A DNA stretch of 64,000 nucleotides, from positions 18,701 through 82,700 of the forward strand of contig CAYTYR010000008.1 in the NCBI GenBank assembly GCA_964441745.1, given 5' to 3'. A model generated the notes under the pieces. The model was given only the letters and a program-made list of their open reading frames with translations. It did no database searches and was not told where the DNA came from. Both the position numbers and the translations under genes were made by a program. The DNA is from an uncultured Clostridia bacterium. Lineage in GTDB: Bacteria; CAYTYR01; UBA6262. Shown here piece by piece: positions 18,283-28,444 of the stretch. Positions within the stretch are counted from its first letter, which is position 1; every line of letters starts with the position of its first letter.

Positions 18283-18317
18283 AGCTGCAGGGGCACAATA
18301 CTTAACCGGTGTTGTGC
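18283..18317 (+). terminator. Terminator-like 9-bp stem-loop without a clear U-tract
   Basis: The stem is ggggcacaa ... ttgtgcccc, immediately after the OmpA stop. Confidence 0.3.
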
Positions 18318-18359
18318 CCCTGAAAAGCCCGGGAAAAGCGGTAAGGAGATAATTTAACC

Positions 18360-18920
18360 ATGGCCCTAAAAAAAATAAAATTAGCTGTATTTATCATCAT
18401 TACCTTATTACTGTTCATCAACGCAACAGCCCAGGCCGCAACGATTAAGTTAAAGAATGGCCAGATCTTTGATGCCTCGATCGTGGAGAGAAGCAGTAGT
18501 GAGATCAAGGTCATTATGAATTCCGGTGTGGTAACTTTTTCTCTTAGTGAAATAGCTACCATCAACGGCCGCGATCCAGCGGCGCCAAAAGCAATAAAAA
18601 AACCAGTGGCTAAAACCGCGGTCAAGAAAACTACGGCCACGCCTAAACCTATTCCTAAAAAGGTGCCAAAACCGCCAGCGCCGGTTGCCGCGCCAGTAGT
18701 AGTACCAGACACAATGACAGTCTCAGCCGTGGCCGTCAGTACCGAAGCAGTAGTCAGCGCGCAAACAGCGCCAGTACCGGAACCTGAACCAGTACCAGCG
18801 CCGACACGATCCAGATCAATACTATCCTTAGCGGCGATCATTTTTGCCGTCCTGGTCTTTATTATTATTGTCGTGTTTATTCTCCGTGTGATACAGCATA
18901 ACAAGAAACGTTCAATCTAA
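18360..18920 (+). CDS. Secreted or anchored proline-rich protein (signal peptide, small N-terminal domain, Pro/Ala/Val-rich linker, C-terminal TM anchor)
   Basis: The signal peptide is 'LAVFIIITLLLFINATAQA'. A low-complexity PKP/PAP region is followed by a C-terminal hydrophobic stretch 'LAAIIFAVLVFIIIVVFIL'. The antisense ORF 18302–18904 is judged a shadow of this gene. Confidence 0.45.
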   Translation: MALKKIKLAVFIIITLLLFINATAQAATIKLKNGQIFDASIVERSSSEIKVIMNSGVVTFSLSEIATINGRDPAAPKAIKKPVAKTAVKKTTATPKPIPKKVPKPPAPVAAPVVVPDTMTVSAVAVSTEAVVSAQTAPVPEPEPVPAPTRSRSILSLAAIIFAVLVFIIIVVFILRVIQHNKKRSI

Positions 18921-18937
18921 ACATTCCAGGGGAATAT

Positions 18938-19168
18938 ATGAAAAAAAGCAAAGGCATGGCCTTGCTGGAAATGATGGTCGCGCTGATCATCTTGATGGGC
19001 TTAACCTTTCTCTACGTAAAATACGTCTGGAAAAAACCTGCTGCCAGTAAGATAACCGGGGAAACTGAGCGTTCAAAAGGCGTCATCCAGTCCTCGCAGG
19101 AAAAAGTAGACAAGCTCAATAAAAAATTAAACACCTCAGAGCGCCAATACGAAAGCTCTGATCAATAG
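18938..19168 (+). CDS. Small prepilin-type (class III signal peptide) protein
   Basis: The N-terminus 'MKKSKG|MALLEMMVALIIL' has a basic leader, then Gly, then a hydrophobic helix with Glu at +5 after the predicted cleavage site. Confidence 0.45.
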   Translation: MKKSKGMALLEMMVALIILMGLTFLYVKYVWKKPAASKITGETERSKGVIQSSQEKVDKLNKKLNTSERQYESSDQ

Positions 19169-19220
19169 TAATAAACTATCTCGGCCATCAATAACTATCC
19201 TGAAGGAGGAACAACGAGAA

Positions 19221-19430
19221 ATGCAGAGAAACGGACAAAATCCTGTAAAAGCAGTCAAAATGTATGAGCAAGGAGCTCCAAAAGTCGCTGATGAAGTTAA
19301 TGTCAATACCAAAACAGCCAAGATCGCTGGGATCTGCTCAGCTTGCCAGACCGAAGTGCCGATCAAGCCGGGATTTCGGGTCTCGTCGCTAAAATGTCCC
19401 CAATGCGGCAAACCCCTCGGCAAGAAGTAG
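19221..19430 (+). CDS. Small zinc-ribbon protein
   Basis: The cysteine pairs are 'CSACQ...CPQCG'. An AGGAGG RBS is present. Confidence 0.4.
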   Translation: MQRNGQNPVKAVKMYEQGAPKVADEVNVNTKTAKIAGICSACQTEVPIKPGFRVSSLKCPQCGKPLGKK

Positions 19431-19508
19431 ATCTAATGTTTCAGTGTATTAAATCCGCGTGATTGTTTTGAGAAATCCGCGCAATCTTTGACGACCAAAG
19501 GAAGTCAT

Positions 19509-19937
19509 ATGAAAAAGCTATTCAAGCGCAAAGAGCAAGAAGAAATCCCCCAGGAAGAGCCTGATGTTTTGACCTTACTGCAAGAAATAAAAACCCGGCT
19601 GGTTTTCCTGGAAAAAAAGATCGATGCCTTATCCGCGCAACCTAAAGAAAGGCACCAGGAGCGTCCTTTCAGCCACACCTCTAATTTTAAGGCGGTCTGC
19701 GCCGAATGCGGGCAATCCTGCGAAGTGCCATTTAAACCCACCGGTGACCGCCCGGTATATTGCCGGAATTGTTTCTCCAAACGCGAAGGCAGCTCCTTTG
19801 AAGGCCGCCGGGACAGCCGGCCCAGGAGTGGCGGCTTTAACCGGGAACGCCAGGGTGGAGGGCGCAATTTTGGCGGCGATAGCCGTGGCTTCGGCAAAAG
19901 ATCGGCGGCGCCATTCCGCGGCAAAAAAAGGTTTTAA
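19509..19937 (+). CDS. Small zinc-ribbon protein with an RGG/RG-rich C-terminal tail (putative nucleic-acid binding)
   Basis: The cysteine pairs are 'CAECGQSC...CRNCF'. The tail reads 'RRDSRPRSGGFNRERQGGGRNFGGDSRGFGKR'. An internal ATG with the RBS AAAGGAAG is preferred over the upstream TTG. Confidence 0.45.
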   Translation: MKKLFKRKEQEEIPQEEPDVLTLLQEIKTRLVFLEKKIDALSAQPKERHQERPFSHTSNFKAVCAECGQSCEVPFKPTGDRPVYCRNCFSKREGSSFEGRRDSRPRSGGFNRERQGGGRNFGGDSRGFGKRSAAPFRGKKRF

Positions 19938-19945
19938 ATGTAAAG

Positions 19946-21910
19946 ATGAAAAAACATTTTAGAGGTCAGCAGGGGCGGAAACGCTCGGAAAAGAAAAAAG
20001 GCATTATTGTTGAGGGCGTGATCCAGCATCACGGCCGGTTTGCTTTTTTACTTTCAGAGCAGCCAGGCGGCGCCGATGTTTTCCTCCATGGACGCGGGCT
20101 GGACCTGGCCATGGATGGCGACAGGGTATCGGCTAAAGCTCACCGCGAAGCCGACGGCCGGTTTGCGGGCGAGATCATCACTGTCTTGGAGCGAGCCCAC
20201 AAGAATATCGTCGGCGTTCTCAAAAAACTACCGTCGGGCTGGATCCTGGTTTCTGAAAAAGGGACTGGACCGATCACGGCGGTTACTGGCTTCCGGCCTA
20301 AGCTCACTCCCGTAGCCGGGGTCTTGGCTGTACTGGAAGTGACCCGGTGGCCGACGGAAAGACTCGGCGCCGCTGGAATTATCACTGAAATTCTGGGCCC
20401 CACAGATAATGTCACCACGCGGATCACCATGCTGCTGCGTGCGCATGGCATCAATGAAACCTTTCCGAAAGAAGTTCTTGAGCAAAGCTGTTCTTTGCCG
20501 GATAAACTAGAGCCAGCAGACTGGCAAGGGCGGGAAGAGCTTTTCCATCTGCCGATAGTCACCATTGACGGAGCAGATGCCAAGGATTTTGATGACGCCG
20601 TGTCCCTGGAATTATTAGCTGGGGGGATAGCCAGGCTGGGCGTACATATCGCTGATGTCGGGCATTATGTCAAAGTTGGCTCAGCCCTGGATCAAGAAGC
20701 CTATCAGCGCGGGACCAGTGTTTACCTTCCTGACCGGGTAATACCCATGCTGCCGCCTTCGCTTTCCAACAATTTATGCAGCCTTGTCCCTTTCCAGGAA
20801 AGATTAACAGTTTCTGTCTTTATGGATATTAATACCGCGGGGATGGTGACCAGGCGGCGGATGGCCAACACCGTGATTCGTTCCTGCCGCAGGTTCACTT
20901 ATGAGGAAGTCCAGAAGTTGCTGGATGGAGGGCAGGTAGCTAACGTGCCCAAGGCCGCGGCTGAAGCAGTACTGCACATGGGCAGTCTGGCCGAGGTCTT
21001 GTATCAACAAAGGGTAAAGCGTGGAGCGCTGGATTTTAATCTGCCGGAATTTAAAGTAGAAGTTGATGCTGACGGTAAACCACTGCGGGTGATCCTTCGC
21101 CCGCGGCTGCAGAGCCATCGCCTGATCGAAGAATTCATGCTGCTGGCCAATGAAGCCATCGCCACTGAACTCATCGCGGCGCAAGCTCCTTTTTTACATC
21201 GCCGTCATGACCTGCCTGACCCGGCTAAAATAACCACACTGGCCCAGGCGCTGGGTGCTCTGGGATTGTCCGCTGGACATTTACAAGGTAGCAATACGCA
21301 CAAAGCCTTACAGGACCTACTGCGCCAAGCGCAGGGGCATCCCCTGGAAGATATCATTAATTCCCTGATGGTACGCAGTATGCAGCAGGCAGTTTATTCA
21401 CCAGTATCGGCGGGACATTTTGGCATTGCCGCCAAAGCCTATGCTCATTTTACTTCTCCCATCAGGAGATACCCGGATCTCATGGCCCACCGGGCGATCA
21501 AAGCTCTACTCCAGCACAAAAAAGAAAATCATGGCGCGCTTTCTCTGGCAGAAGCGGGGACGCATTGCTCAGTGCGAGAACGTTCAGCCGCAGAGGTAGA
21601 GTATAAGTCTGTGGATATTATGCGCGCTGAATTATTAAAAAAGCAGATCGGCCAGGTCCTGGACGGGATCGTGGTTTCAGTAGTGGACAGCGGTTCATTT
21701 GTACGCTGTGGAGATACCGGCGCCGAAGGATTCCTGCGTACCACTAACCTGAAAATTGGCGACAAGCTCAAGGTGATCATCGATAAAGTGGATATAGTTG
21801 AAGGCAAGATCGACTTGTCAGCCGCGGGCCAACCCCAACTACCGACGAATTGGCGGGTAACATCACTCAAACCTCGCCAACATCATAACCGAAATAGCAG
21901 GAAACATTAA
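19946..21910 (+). CDS. rnr: Ribonuclease R / RNase II-family 3'-5' exoribonuclease
   Basis: The RNB-domain signature is 'DGADAKDFDDAVS...GVHIADVGHYV'. A C-terminal S1-like region 'GQVLDGIVVSVVDSGSFVRC' follows. Confidence 0.85.
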   Translation: MKKHFRGQQGRKRSEKKKGIIVEGVIQHHGRFAFLLSEQPGGADVFLHGRGLDLAMDGDRVSAKAHREADGRFAGEIITVLERAHKNIVGVLKKLPSGWILVSEKGTGPITAVTGFRPKLTPVAGVLAVLEVTRWPTERLGAAGIITEILGPTDNVTTRITMLLRAHGINETFPKEVLEQSCSLPDKLEPADWQGREELFHLPIVTIDGADAKDFDDAVSLELLAGGIARLGVHIADVGHYVKVGSALDQEAYQRGTSVYLPDRVIPMLPPSLSNNLCSLVPFQERLTVSVFMDINTAGMVTRRRMANTVIRSCRRFTYEEVQKLLDGGQVANVPKAAAEAVLHMGSLAEVLYQQRVKRGALDFNLPEFKVEVDADGKPLRVILRPRLQSHRLIEEFMLLANEAIATELIAAQAPFLHRRHDLPDPAKITTLAQALGALGLSAGHLQGSNTHKALQDLLRQAQGHPLEDIINSLMVRSMQQAVYSPVSAGHFGIAAKAYAHFTSPIRRYPDLMAHRAIKALLQHKKENHGALSLAEAGTHCSVRERSAAEVEYKSVDIMRAELLKKQIGQVLDGIVVSVVDSGSFVRCGDTGAEGFLRTTNLKIGDKLKVIIDKVDIVEGKIDLSAAGQPQLPTNWRVTSLKPRQHHNRNSRKH

Positions 21911-21953
21911 ACTCGCTTGATAAAATCCATTAAGGAAAAGGAAACTATCTATA

Positions 21954-23459
21954 GTGTTAAAGATATCGGAAATAAGTAAAGCCTACGGAGATCAAATTCT
22001 CTTTGACCAACTAAGCTTCAGCATTAACCGCGGTGAAAAGATCGGACTGGTGGGCAGGAATGGGCATGGGAAGTCTACCATCTTCCAAATGATCCTGGGG
22101 AATATTGAAGTAGATTCCGGTGAAATTGCCATTCCCAAGCGCTACCACATCGGCTACCTCGAACAGCATCTGCATTTCACCAAACCGACCGTACTGGAAG
22201 AATGCTGCCTGGGCTTGCCGCACGGCGAAGAATACAATACCTGGAAAGCGGAAAAGATGCTTTCCGGATTGGGCTTTGCCGAGAGCGACCTGGAAAGAAG
22301 CCCCTTAGAGTTTTCCGGCGGCTATCAGATCCGCCTAAACCTGGCTAAACTGCTGGTCTCCAATCCGGATATGCTGATGCTGGATGAGCCTAACAATTAC
22401 CTGGATATCGTAGCCATACGCTGGCTGGAAGAATTTTTAAGATCCTGGAAAGGCGAGTTCATCCTGATCACCCATGACCGCAGTTTTATGGACCGGGTTT
22501 GTACTCATACTGTCGCCATCCACCGCGCCAAAGCCAGGAAAGTCGAAGGTGATACGGAAAAGCTCTACACCCAAATTAATCAGGACGAAGAAATATACGA
22601 AAAAACCAGGCTGAACGAAGCCAAAATACGCAAACAGACAGAGCAGTTCATCGCCCGGTTCAAAGCGCGGGCCAGTTTTGCCAGCCGGACCAATTCCCGC
22701 GTCAAAAAGCTGGAGAAAATGGGTGAGATGAAAGCCCTGGATAATATCCAGGACCTGGAGCTGTATTTTAACAGCGCCCACTTTGCCGCCCACAATATGC
22801 TGTCTGCCGATGATATTTCCTTTTCCTATAGCGGCAAAGAGCCTTATTTGATCAATAAATTCACCCTGCATGTAGGGAAAAAAGACCGGATCTGCCTGAT
22901 CGGGAAAAATGGTAAAGGCAAATCCACTCTGTTAAAATTGCTGGCCGGGGAGCTGAAGCCGCTCAAAGGGAAAATTAAAAAGCATCCCACCTTGCACAAA
23001 GGTTATTTTGGGCAAACTAACAAGATCGATCTCCATGACCACAATACCGTCCTGGAAGAGATCAAGAGCGCCAATACCCAATCTTCAGACAATGCCGTGC
23101 GTAATATTGCCGGCGGCTTGATGTTTTCCGGTGATAGCGCTCTCAAGAAAATTAAGGTCCTGTCTGGCGGGGAGAAAAGCCGGGTCTTACTGGGCAAACT
23201 GCTGGTGACACCTTGCCATTTGCTGTTCCTGGATGAACCGACGAACCACTTGGACATGCAATCGTGCGATTCTTTGATCGAGGCCATCGATGACTTTGAC
23301 GGCTCGGTAATTATGGTCACCCATAATGAAATGCATTTAAGAGCCGTAGCCACCAAGCTGATCATCTTTGATAATGATAGAATCAGCACTTATAATGGCG
23401 GATACGACGATTTCCTGCGAGATATCGGCTGGTCTGATGAAGAATATGCTAACTATTAA
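21954..23459 (+). CDS. ABC-F family ATPase (two ABC domains, no TM domain)
   Basis: There are two Walker A motifs ('GRNGHGKST', 'GKNGKGKST') and two signature motifs ('[11 protein letters not shown]', '[11 protein letters not shown]'), with an inter-domain linker between them. Confidence 0.8.
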   Translation: MLKISEISKAYGDQILFDQLSFSINRGEKIGLVGRNGHGKSTIFQMILGNIEVDSGEIAIPKRYHIGYLEQHLHFTKPTVLEECCLGLPHGEEYNTWKAEKMLSGLGFAESDLERSPLEFSGGYQIRLNLAKLLVSNPDMLMLDEPNNYLDIVAIRWLEEFLRSWKGEFILITHDRSFMDRVCTHTVAIHRAKARKVEGDTEKLYTQINQDEEIYEKTRLNEAKIRKQTEQFIARFKARASFASRTNSRVKKLEKMGEMKALDNIQDLELYFNSAHFAAHNMLSADDISFSYSGKEPYLINKFTLHVGKKDRICLIGKNGKGKSTLLKLLAGELKPLKGKIKKHPTLHKGYFGQTNKIDLHDHNTVLEEIKSANTQSSDNAVRNIAGGLMFSGDSALKKIKVLSGGEKSRVLLGKLLVTPCHLLFLDEPTNHLDMQSCDSLIEAIDDFDGSVIMVTHNEMHLRAVATKLIIFDNDRISTYNGGYDDFLRDIGWSDEEYANY

Positions 23460-23486
23460 AGAAACTAATCTGGAAAGAGAGGGACA

Positions 23487-23852
23487 ATGAGAATTTTATT
23501 GGCTTTATCCTTAGGTTTAATATTACTATGTGGGTGTGCGGCCAACGCTGGGTTCCTCAGAGACAATCCAGATCTGGCCCTGGATGCCCAAATTATCGCC
23601 GAGTCTTATCTTGACGGCCAAATGCAGGGAGAAAGCCATGACCTGGCTATCCAAAAATACGGAGCAGGGGTCATTGAGTTTTCCGGGATCCAGCAATATA
23701 GCTGTGAAGGTCTTTCCCAGGACTCTGCCCTGCGCTTTAAGATACAGTCAATAGACCAAACCGGCGCCGCAGTCTGGAAGAACTATGACCTGGGCTTTGT
23801 TTATAGCGAAAGAAACGGCCCGGTAATACAAAGTATCACCGAAGTGCGCTAA
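23487..23852 (+). CDS. Small lipoprotein of unknown function
   Basis: The lipobox is 'LILLCGCAANAG'. Confidence 0.4.
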   Translation: MRILLALSLGLILLCGCAANAGFLRDNPDLALDAQIIAESYLDGQMQGESHDLAIQKYGAGVIEFSGIQQYSCEGLSQDSALRFKIQSIDQTGAAVWKNYDLGFVYSERNGPVIQSITEVR

Positions 23853-23853
23853 G

Positions 23854-24819
23854 ATGAATAAACCTGTTCTTTATCTGGCTCCGATCCTGGGGATCACCAA
23901 TTGTATTTACCGCAACGCTTATTCCCGGATCTTTGATGGCTATGATTTTGCCGTGACGCCGTTTATCAAGAGTTGTCAGGTCACCAAAACTATGTGCACG
24001 GCATTGCGCGATCTTTTTCCCGAGCGCAATGATACTAAGTTTACCTTAATACCCCAGATCTTAAGCAATACCCCGGGAGATTTTATTTCCATGGCTAATG
24101 GCTTATTCGACCTGGGATATAAGACCGTGAATTGGAATCTGGGCTGTCCGATCAAGCAGATCAGAAGCAAACGGCGGGGAGCAGGGATGCTGCCATATCC
24201 CGCTGAGATCATGACCATGCTGAATAAGATCATGCCGGCTATTTCTAATCAGCTCTCGCTTAAGGTGAGATTAGGCAGTGAGAATAACCGGGAGTTTATA
24301 GACCTGCTTCCTTTGCTCAATGACTTGCCGCTGAAAGAGATCATTGTCCATCCGCGCATTGGCAGCCAAATGTATGAAGGGGAAGTCGATCTGACGGCTT
24401 TTGCCGAAATTCTTTCTTTATCGAAACACCCGGTAATTTATAGCGGCGACATTGATTCCCTGGAAACATTTAACCGGCTGGCCAGCCGTTTCCCGGATAT
24501 TGGCGGCTGGATGATCGGCCGGAGCGGCATCACCAATCCATTTTTACCGGAGCAGATCAAGAATTTACGCGGCGATACATCCCAGGAAAAGCTCAAGAGG
24601 TTTATCAGCTTTCATGATGAAATCCTTACAGCGTATCAAAAAACATTAAGCGGCCCTGGCCATTTAATGGATAAGATGAAAGAACTCTGGCGGTACTGGG
24701 CCAAATCATTTGCCAACGGGGACAAGCTCTTCAAGGCGATCTCAAAAACCAGGAGTATTGATAGATACTCATTTTTAGTCCAAAGCTTCTTTGTCACTAT
24801 CAAGGAATATCCCAACTAA
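23854..24819 (+). CDS. dus: tRNA-dihydrouridine synthase family protein
   Basis: 'LAPILGITNCIYRNAY' and 'NLGCPIKQIRSKRRGAGML' are Dus TIM-barrel motifs. Confidence 0.7.
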   Translation: MNKPVLYLAPILGITNCIYRNAYSRIFDGYDFAVTPFIKSCQVTKTMCTALRDLFPERNDTKFTLIPQILSNTPGDFISMANGLFDLGYKTVNWNLGCPIKQIRSKRRGAGMLPYPAEIMTMLNKIMPAISNQLSLKVRLGSENNREFIDLLPLLNDLPLKEIIVHPRIGSQMYEGEVDLTAFAEILSLSKHPVIYSGDIDSLETFNRLASRFPDIGGWMIGRSGITNPFLPEQIKNLRGDTSQEKLKRFISFHDEILTAYQKTLSGPGHLMDKMKELWRYWAKSFANGDKLFKAISKTRSIDRYSFLVQSFFVTIKEYPN

Positions 24820-24849
24820 ACCATAGGCAGAAGTATGAGGTAATGATCC

Positions 24850-27366
24850 ATGACTGAACGGAAAAAACACCATGATAATAAATGGGTGACGGTCCACCGG
24901 GAAATGAGCAAAGAGGGGATCAAGGTTTCCTTTAAGGAAAGCCGCCAGTACATCATGGCCAAGGATCAGTACTCGGCAACCAAGCATGATGATTTTATGT
25001 CCATTGCCGTCTCCATCCGTGACCGTCTGGTCGAACGCTGGATCTTAACCCAGCAGCGCTATCACAAGGAGAATGCCAAGCGGGTCTATTACCTGTCACT
25101 GGAATTCCTGATCGGTCGGATGCTCAGTAATAATGTCATGAACATAGGCGTGTGGAACGAAACCTGGGAAGCACTGCAGGAACTGGGCTTTGACCTGGAA
25201 GAGATCCGTGAGCAGGAGGCCGATGCCGGGTTGGGTAACGGCGGTTTGGGACGTTTAGCTGCCTGTTTCCTCGATTCTATGGCCAGCATGGGCATACCTG
25301 CCTATGGATATGGTATCCGCTACGATTACGGCATCTTTAATCAAAAGATCATCAATGGTTACCAGGTGGAGTCGCCGGATGAATGGCTGCAACTGGGTAA
25401 CCCCTGGGAATTTAACCGTCCCGAATACACAGTGAAAATACGGTTTGGCGGATATACCCGGATGTATAATGACCAGCAGGGCAGATTGCGCGTAGAATGG
25501 CTGGATACCAGGGACGTCCTGGCTGAGCCATACGATATGCCGGTGCCGGGGTACAAAAACGACATTGTGAACACCCTGCGGCTGTGGTCTGCCCGCAGTT
25601 CAGAGGAATTCGATTTCGAATATTTCAACGACGGCGATTATGAACGCGCTGTCTATGATAAGGTCTTTTCCGAGAATATTTCCAAGGTCCTCTATCCCAA
25701 CGACATGATGATCCAGGGACGGGAGCTGCGCCTGAAACAGGAATATTTCTTTACTGCCGCGTCCATTGCTGATATTATGCGCCGGTTCAAGGTGGATAAT
25801 ACTGATATTAACCTGTTTGCCCAAAAAGCCGCCATCCACCTGAATGACACCCATCCAGCCCTGGCCATCCTGGAGCTGCTGCGCATCCTCATCGACGATG
25901 AAATGCTGGGCTGGGATACAGCCTGGGACATTGTCACCAATACCTTTGCCTATACTAATCACACCGTGATGCCGGAAGCGCTGGAAGAATGGCCTTTGCC
26001 GCTGTTCCAGGCCCTGTTGCCGCGTCACCTGGAATTGGTCTACGAGATCAATCACCGCTTCCTGCGCGAAGTAGCGAATAAGTTCCCCTTTGATACCGGG
26101 CGGCTGGCGCGCATGTCCATCATTAGTGAATACGATGCCAAATATATCCGCATGGCGTTCCTGGCAATTGTGGGCAGTCATTCAGTCAACGGCGTATCAG
26201 CGTTGCACAGTGAGCTATTGAAGACAGAGTTGTTTAAGGAGTTTTACGAATTGTGGCCGGAGAAATTTAATAATAAAACCAATGGCATTACCCCGCGCCG
26301 CTGGCTGCGCAAGTCGAATACCGCCTTGTCTGACCTGATCACCAAAAATATTGGCGAACATTGGGTGGCAAACCTGGAAGAGCTTTCACTTTTACTGCCT
26401 TATGCCGATGATCCAGCCTTCAGGCAGCAATGGCGCCAGGTTAAAACCCAGAACAAAAAGAATCTGTCTGCCTATATTCATGAACAATTGGGAATCATCG
26501 TCAATCCTGAATCCCTGTTTGACGTGCAGATCAAACGCATCCATGAGTATAAGCGGCAATTGCTCTTGACCCTGTATACCATATCCCAATATGTGAAATT
26601 CAAAGAAGCGCCGAATAACGGCCTGCCGCCGCGCACCTTTATTTTCAGCGGCAAGGCAGCTCCAGGATACGCCACGGCTAAGCTGATCATCAAATTTATC
26701 ACCAGCATCGCTGATGTTGTTAATAATGACCGCGGCATACATGACCAGCTGAAAGTTGTGTTCCTGCCCAATTACCGGGTTTCCCTGGCCGAGCGGCTAT
26801 TCCCAGCCTCTGACCTGTCCGAGCAAATTTCCCTGGCTGGAACCGAAGCATCAGGCACCGGCTGCATGAAATTCATGCTCAATGGCGCCTTGACTATCGG
26901 CACCCAGGACGGCGCTAATATTGAGATCAGGAATGAAGTTGGCGATGATAACCTGTTTGTTTTCGGCATGACTGTACAAGAAGTGCATCAGCTCAGAAAC
27001 AGGGGCTACCGGCCGCAGGAATTTATTGACCGTTCGCCAATACTGCAGAAAGTATTGTCCCTGATCGAGGGTGACTTCTTTTCACAAAGGGATCCAGGAT
27101 TGTTTGCGCCAATACTAAACAGTCTGCGCTATCTCGATACATTCATGGTTTGCGCTGATTTTGACGCTTATTGCCAGGCGCAGCAGCTAGTGGCAGAGGA
27201 TTTTCTGCGGCCAGACCTATGGACCAAGAAATCGATCATCAACACAGCCAAATCAGGCCGGTTCTCCAGCGACCGGACGATTGCCGAATATGCCCGTGAT
27301 ATTTGGAATGTGCCATGCCCGGAAATCCAGGGGATTGGACTAGACACAAAAAGTGAGTCCCTTTGA
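24850..27366 (+). CDS. glgP: Glycogen/maltodextrin phosphorylase
   Basis: The pyridoxal-phosphate region is 'EASGTGCMKFMLNGALTIGTQDGANIEI'. The 838-aa length fits, and the N-terminal region is typical of GT35 enzymes. Confidence 0.9.
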   Translation: MTERKKHHDNKWVTVHREMSKEGIKVSFKESRQYIMAKDQYSATKHDDFMSIAVSIRDRLVERWILTQQRYHKENAKRVYYLSLEFLIGRMLSNNVMNIGVWNETWEALQELGFDLEEIREQEADAGLGNGGLGRLAACFLDSMASMGIPAYGYGIRYDYGIFNQKIINGYQVESPDEWLQLGNPWEFNRPEYTVKIRFGGYTRMYNDQQGRLRVEWLDTRDVLAEPYDMPVPGYKNDIVNTLRLWSARSSEEFDFEYFNDGDYERAVYDKVFSENISKVLYPNDMMIQGRELRLKQEYFFTAASIADIMRRFKVDNTDINLFAQKAAIHLNDTHPALAILELLRILIDDEMLGWDTAWDIVTNTFAYTNHTVMPEALEEWPLPLFQALLPRHLELVYEINHRFLREVANKFPFDTGRLARMSIISEYDAKYIRMAFLAIVGSHSVNGVSALHSELLKTELFKEFYELWPEKFNNKTNGITPRRWLRKSNTALSDLITKNIGEHWVANLEELSLLLPYADDPAFRQQWRQVKTQNKKNLSAYIHEQLGIIVNPESLFDVQIKRIHEYKRQLLLTLYTISQYVKFKEAPNNGLPPRTFIFSGKAAPGYATAKLIIKFITSIADVVNNDRGIHDQLKVVFLPNYRVSLAERLFPASDLSEQISLAGTEASGTGCMKFMLNGALTIGTQDGANIEIRNEVGDDNLFVFGMTVQEVHQLRNRGYRPQEFIDRSPILQKVLSLIEGDFFSQRDPGLFAPILNSLRYLDTFMVCADFDAYCQAQQLVAEDFLRPDLWTKKSIINTAKSGRFSSDRTIAEYARDIWNVPCPEIQGIGLDTKSESL

Positions 27367-27427
27367 CCATTTAAAAGGATGACCCCGTTGTTTTCATTTT
27401 TCTACTTGACTTCTATCCTCATATATT

Positions 27428-27467
27428 GTACTATTATATAGTACATATGTACTAATAATTAGTACAT
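27428..27467 (+). promoter_or_regulatory. Operator-like array of four alternating TGTACTA/TAGTACA half-sites, including the 16-bp perfect palindrome TAGTACATATGTACTA, in the promoter of the wHTH gene
   Basis: Read directly. A TTGACT -35-like hexamer lies just upstream at about 27405. Confidence 0.5.
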
Positions 27468-27496
27468 AAAGGGAAATTAGGGGGTTGGAGGTATTT

Positions 27497-27823
27497 ATGT
27501 TAGAGGCCATGTTCGGATCGATCATTGTTGAAAGAATACTACTATATTTATTTGTGTATAAAACCGGGTATATACGAGGCATAGCCAGGTTGTATAGTAT
27601 TCCTTTAAGCACCCTCGTTAATCAATTAGATCGGCTTGAGAACGGTGGGGTCATTGTTAGCAGGCAAGCAGGGAAAATAAGGATCTATTCATTAAATCCT
27701 AGATATCCATTCATTAGAGAGCTGGAAGCTTTACTGCAAAGAGCAAAGGATGCTATCCCGGAAGATGAACAAGAAAAGTATTATAGAATGAGAACCAGGC
27801 CCCGGCGAAAAGGCAAAGTATAA
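27497..27823 (+). CDS. Small winged-HTH transcriptional regulator, putative AbiEi-like antitoxin
   Basis: The wHTH reads 'IVERILLYLFVYKTGYIRGIARLYSIPLSTLVNQLDRLENGGVIVSRQ'. Its stop overlaps the start of the downstream nucleotidyltransferase (NTase) gene by 1 nt. Confidence 0.5.
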   Translation: MLEAMFGSIIVERILLYLFVYKTGYIRGIARLYSIPLSTLVNQLDRLENGGVIVSRQAGKIRIYSLNPRYPFIRELEALLQRAKDAIPEDEQEKYYRMRTRPRRKGKV

Positions 27824-28356
27824 TGACGAAAATAGACTGGGAAAAAGTTACTTTGAGGAAGTTTGCCGAGTTGATCAGCGGCGAGCTGAACAAAAATAAT
27901 ATCAAGGCTGTCTTGGTCGGCGGCGCTTGTGTGTCGATCTATTCTCGTAACAAATACCAGTCTCAAGATCTTGACTATATATCGCCTGACTCTACGGAAA
28001 AGATAAGTGAAGCTTTGAAGAAGTTAGGTTTTACGAAAAAGGGTAATTTCCGTCATTTTTCAAATGTGAAGTGTCCATTCTATATTGAATTCCCTCCCGG
28101 TCCGCTTGCCATAGGAAATGAATTTCCAAAGAAATACAATGAATTAGCCTCGATTACGCTATTAACTCCTACTGATTGCGTGAAAGATAGATTAGCGGCA
28201 TTTTATCATTGGAATGACGAACAGTCATTGGAACAGGCATTGTTAGTGGCAAGAACACAGAAGGTTAATTTAACAGCTATTAAGAAGTGGTCGATTAATG
28301 AAAAAAACGAAGAAAAATATAACCGGTTCATATATTTGTTAAAAGCAAAAAAGTAA
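27823..28356 (+). CDS. Nucleotidyltransferase-fold protein, putative AbiEii-like toxin
   Basis: 'VLVGGACVSIYSRNKYQSQDLDYISPD' carries the GG..S....D.D minimal NTase motif. The gene is translationally coupled to the wHTH gene. Confidence 0.45.
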   Translation: MTKIDWEKVTLRKFAELISGELNKNNIKAVLVGGACVSIYSRNKYQSQDLDYISPDSTEKISEALKKLGFTKKGNFRHFSNVKCPFYIEFPPGPLAIGNEFPKKYNELASITLLTPTDCVKDRLAAFYHWNDEQSLEQALLVARTQKVNLTAIKKWSINEKNEEKYNRFIYLLKAKK

Positions 28357-28360
28357 CCAA

Positions 28361-28436
28361 CTGTCCACCTACGATCGCTTTTAATGTTCGACTGTAAGGA
28401 GTCCGCCAAAGTTTTAGTGGCGGAGACAGTGGAAGG
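28361..28436 (+). repeat. REP-like palindromic element, long form (outer arms GTCCACC...AGTGGAA enclose an inner palindrome GGAGTCCGCCAAAG...TAGTGGCGGAG)
   Basis: It begins 5 bp after the stop of the NTase gene. It shares the CCACCTACG core with the copies at 30160, 30957 and 32222. Confidence 0.6.
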
Positions 28437-28444
28437 TTCTCCTA

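Noticed and set aside
18302-18904. 200-aa minus-strand ORF
   Set aside because: It lies fully inside the + strand proline-rich gene. Its translation is low-complexity (GT/GS/GA runs) and antisense to the PKP-rich region. Every other gene is on the + strand.
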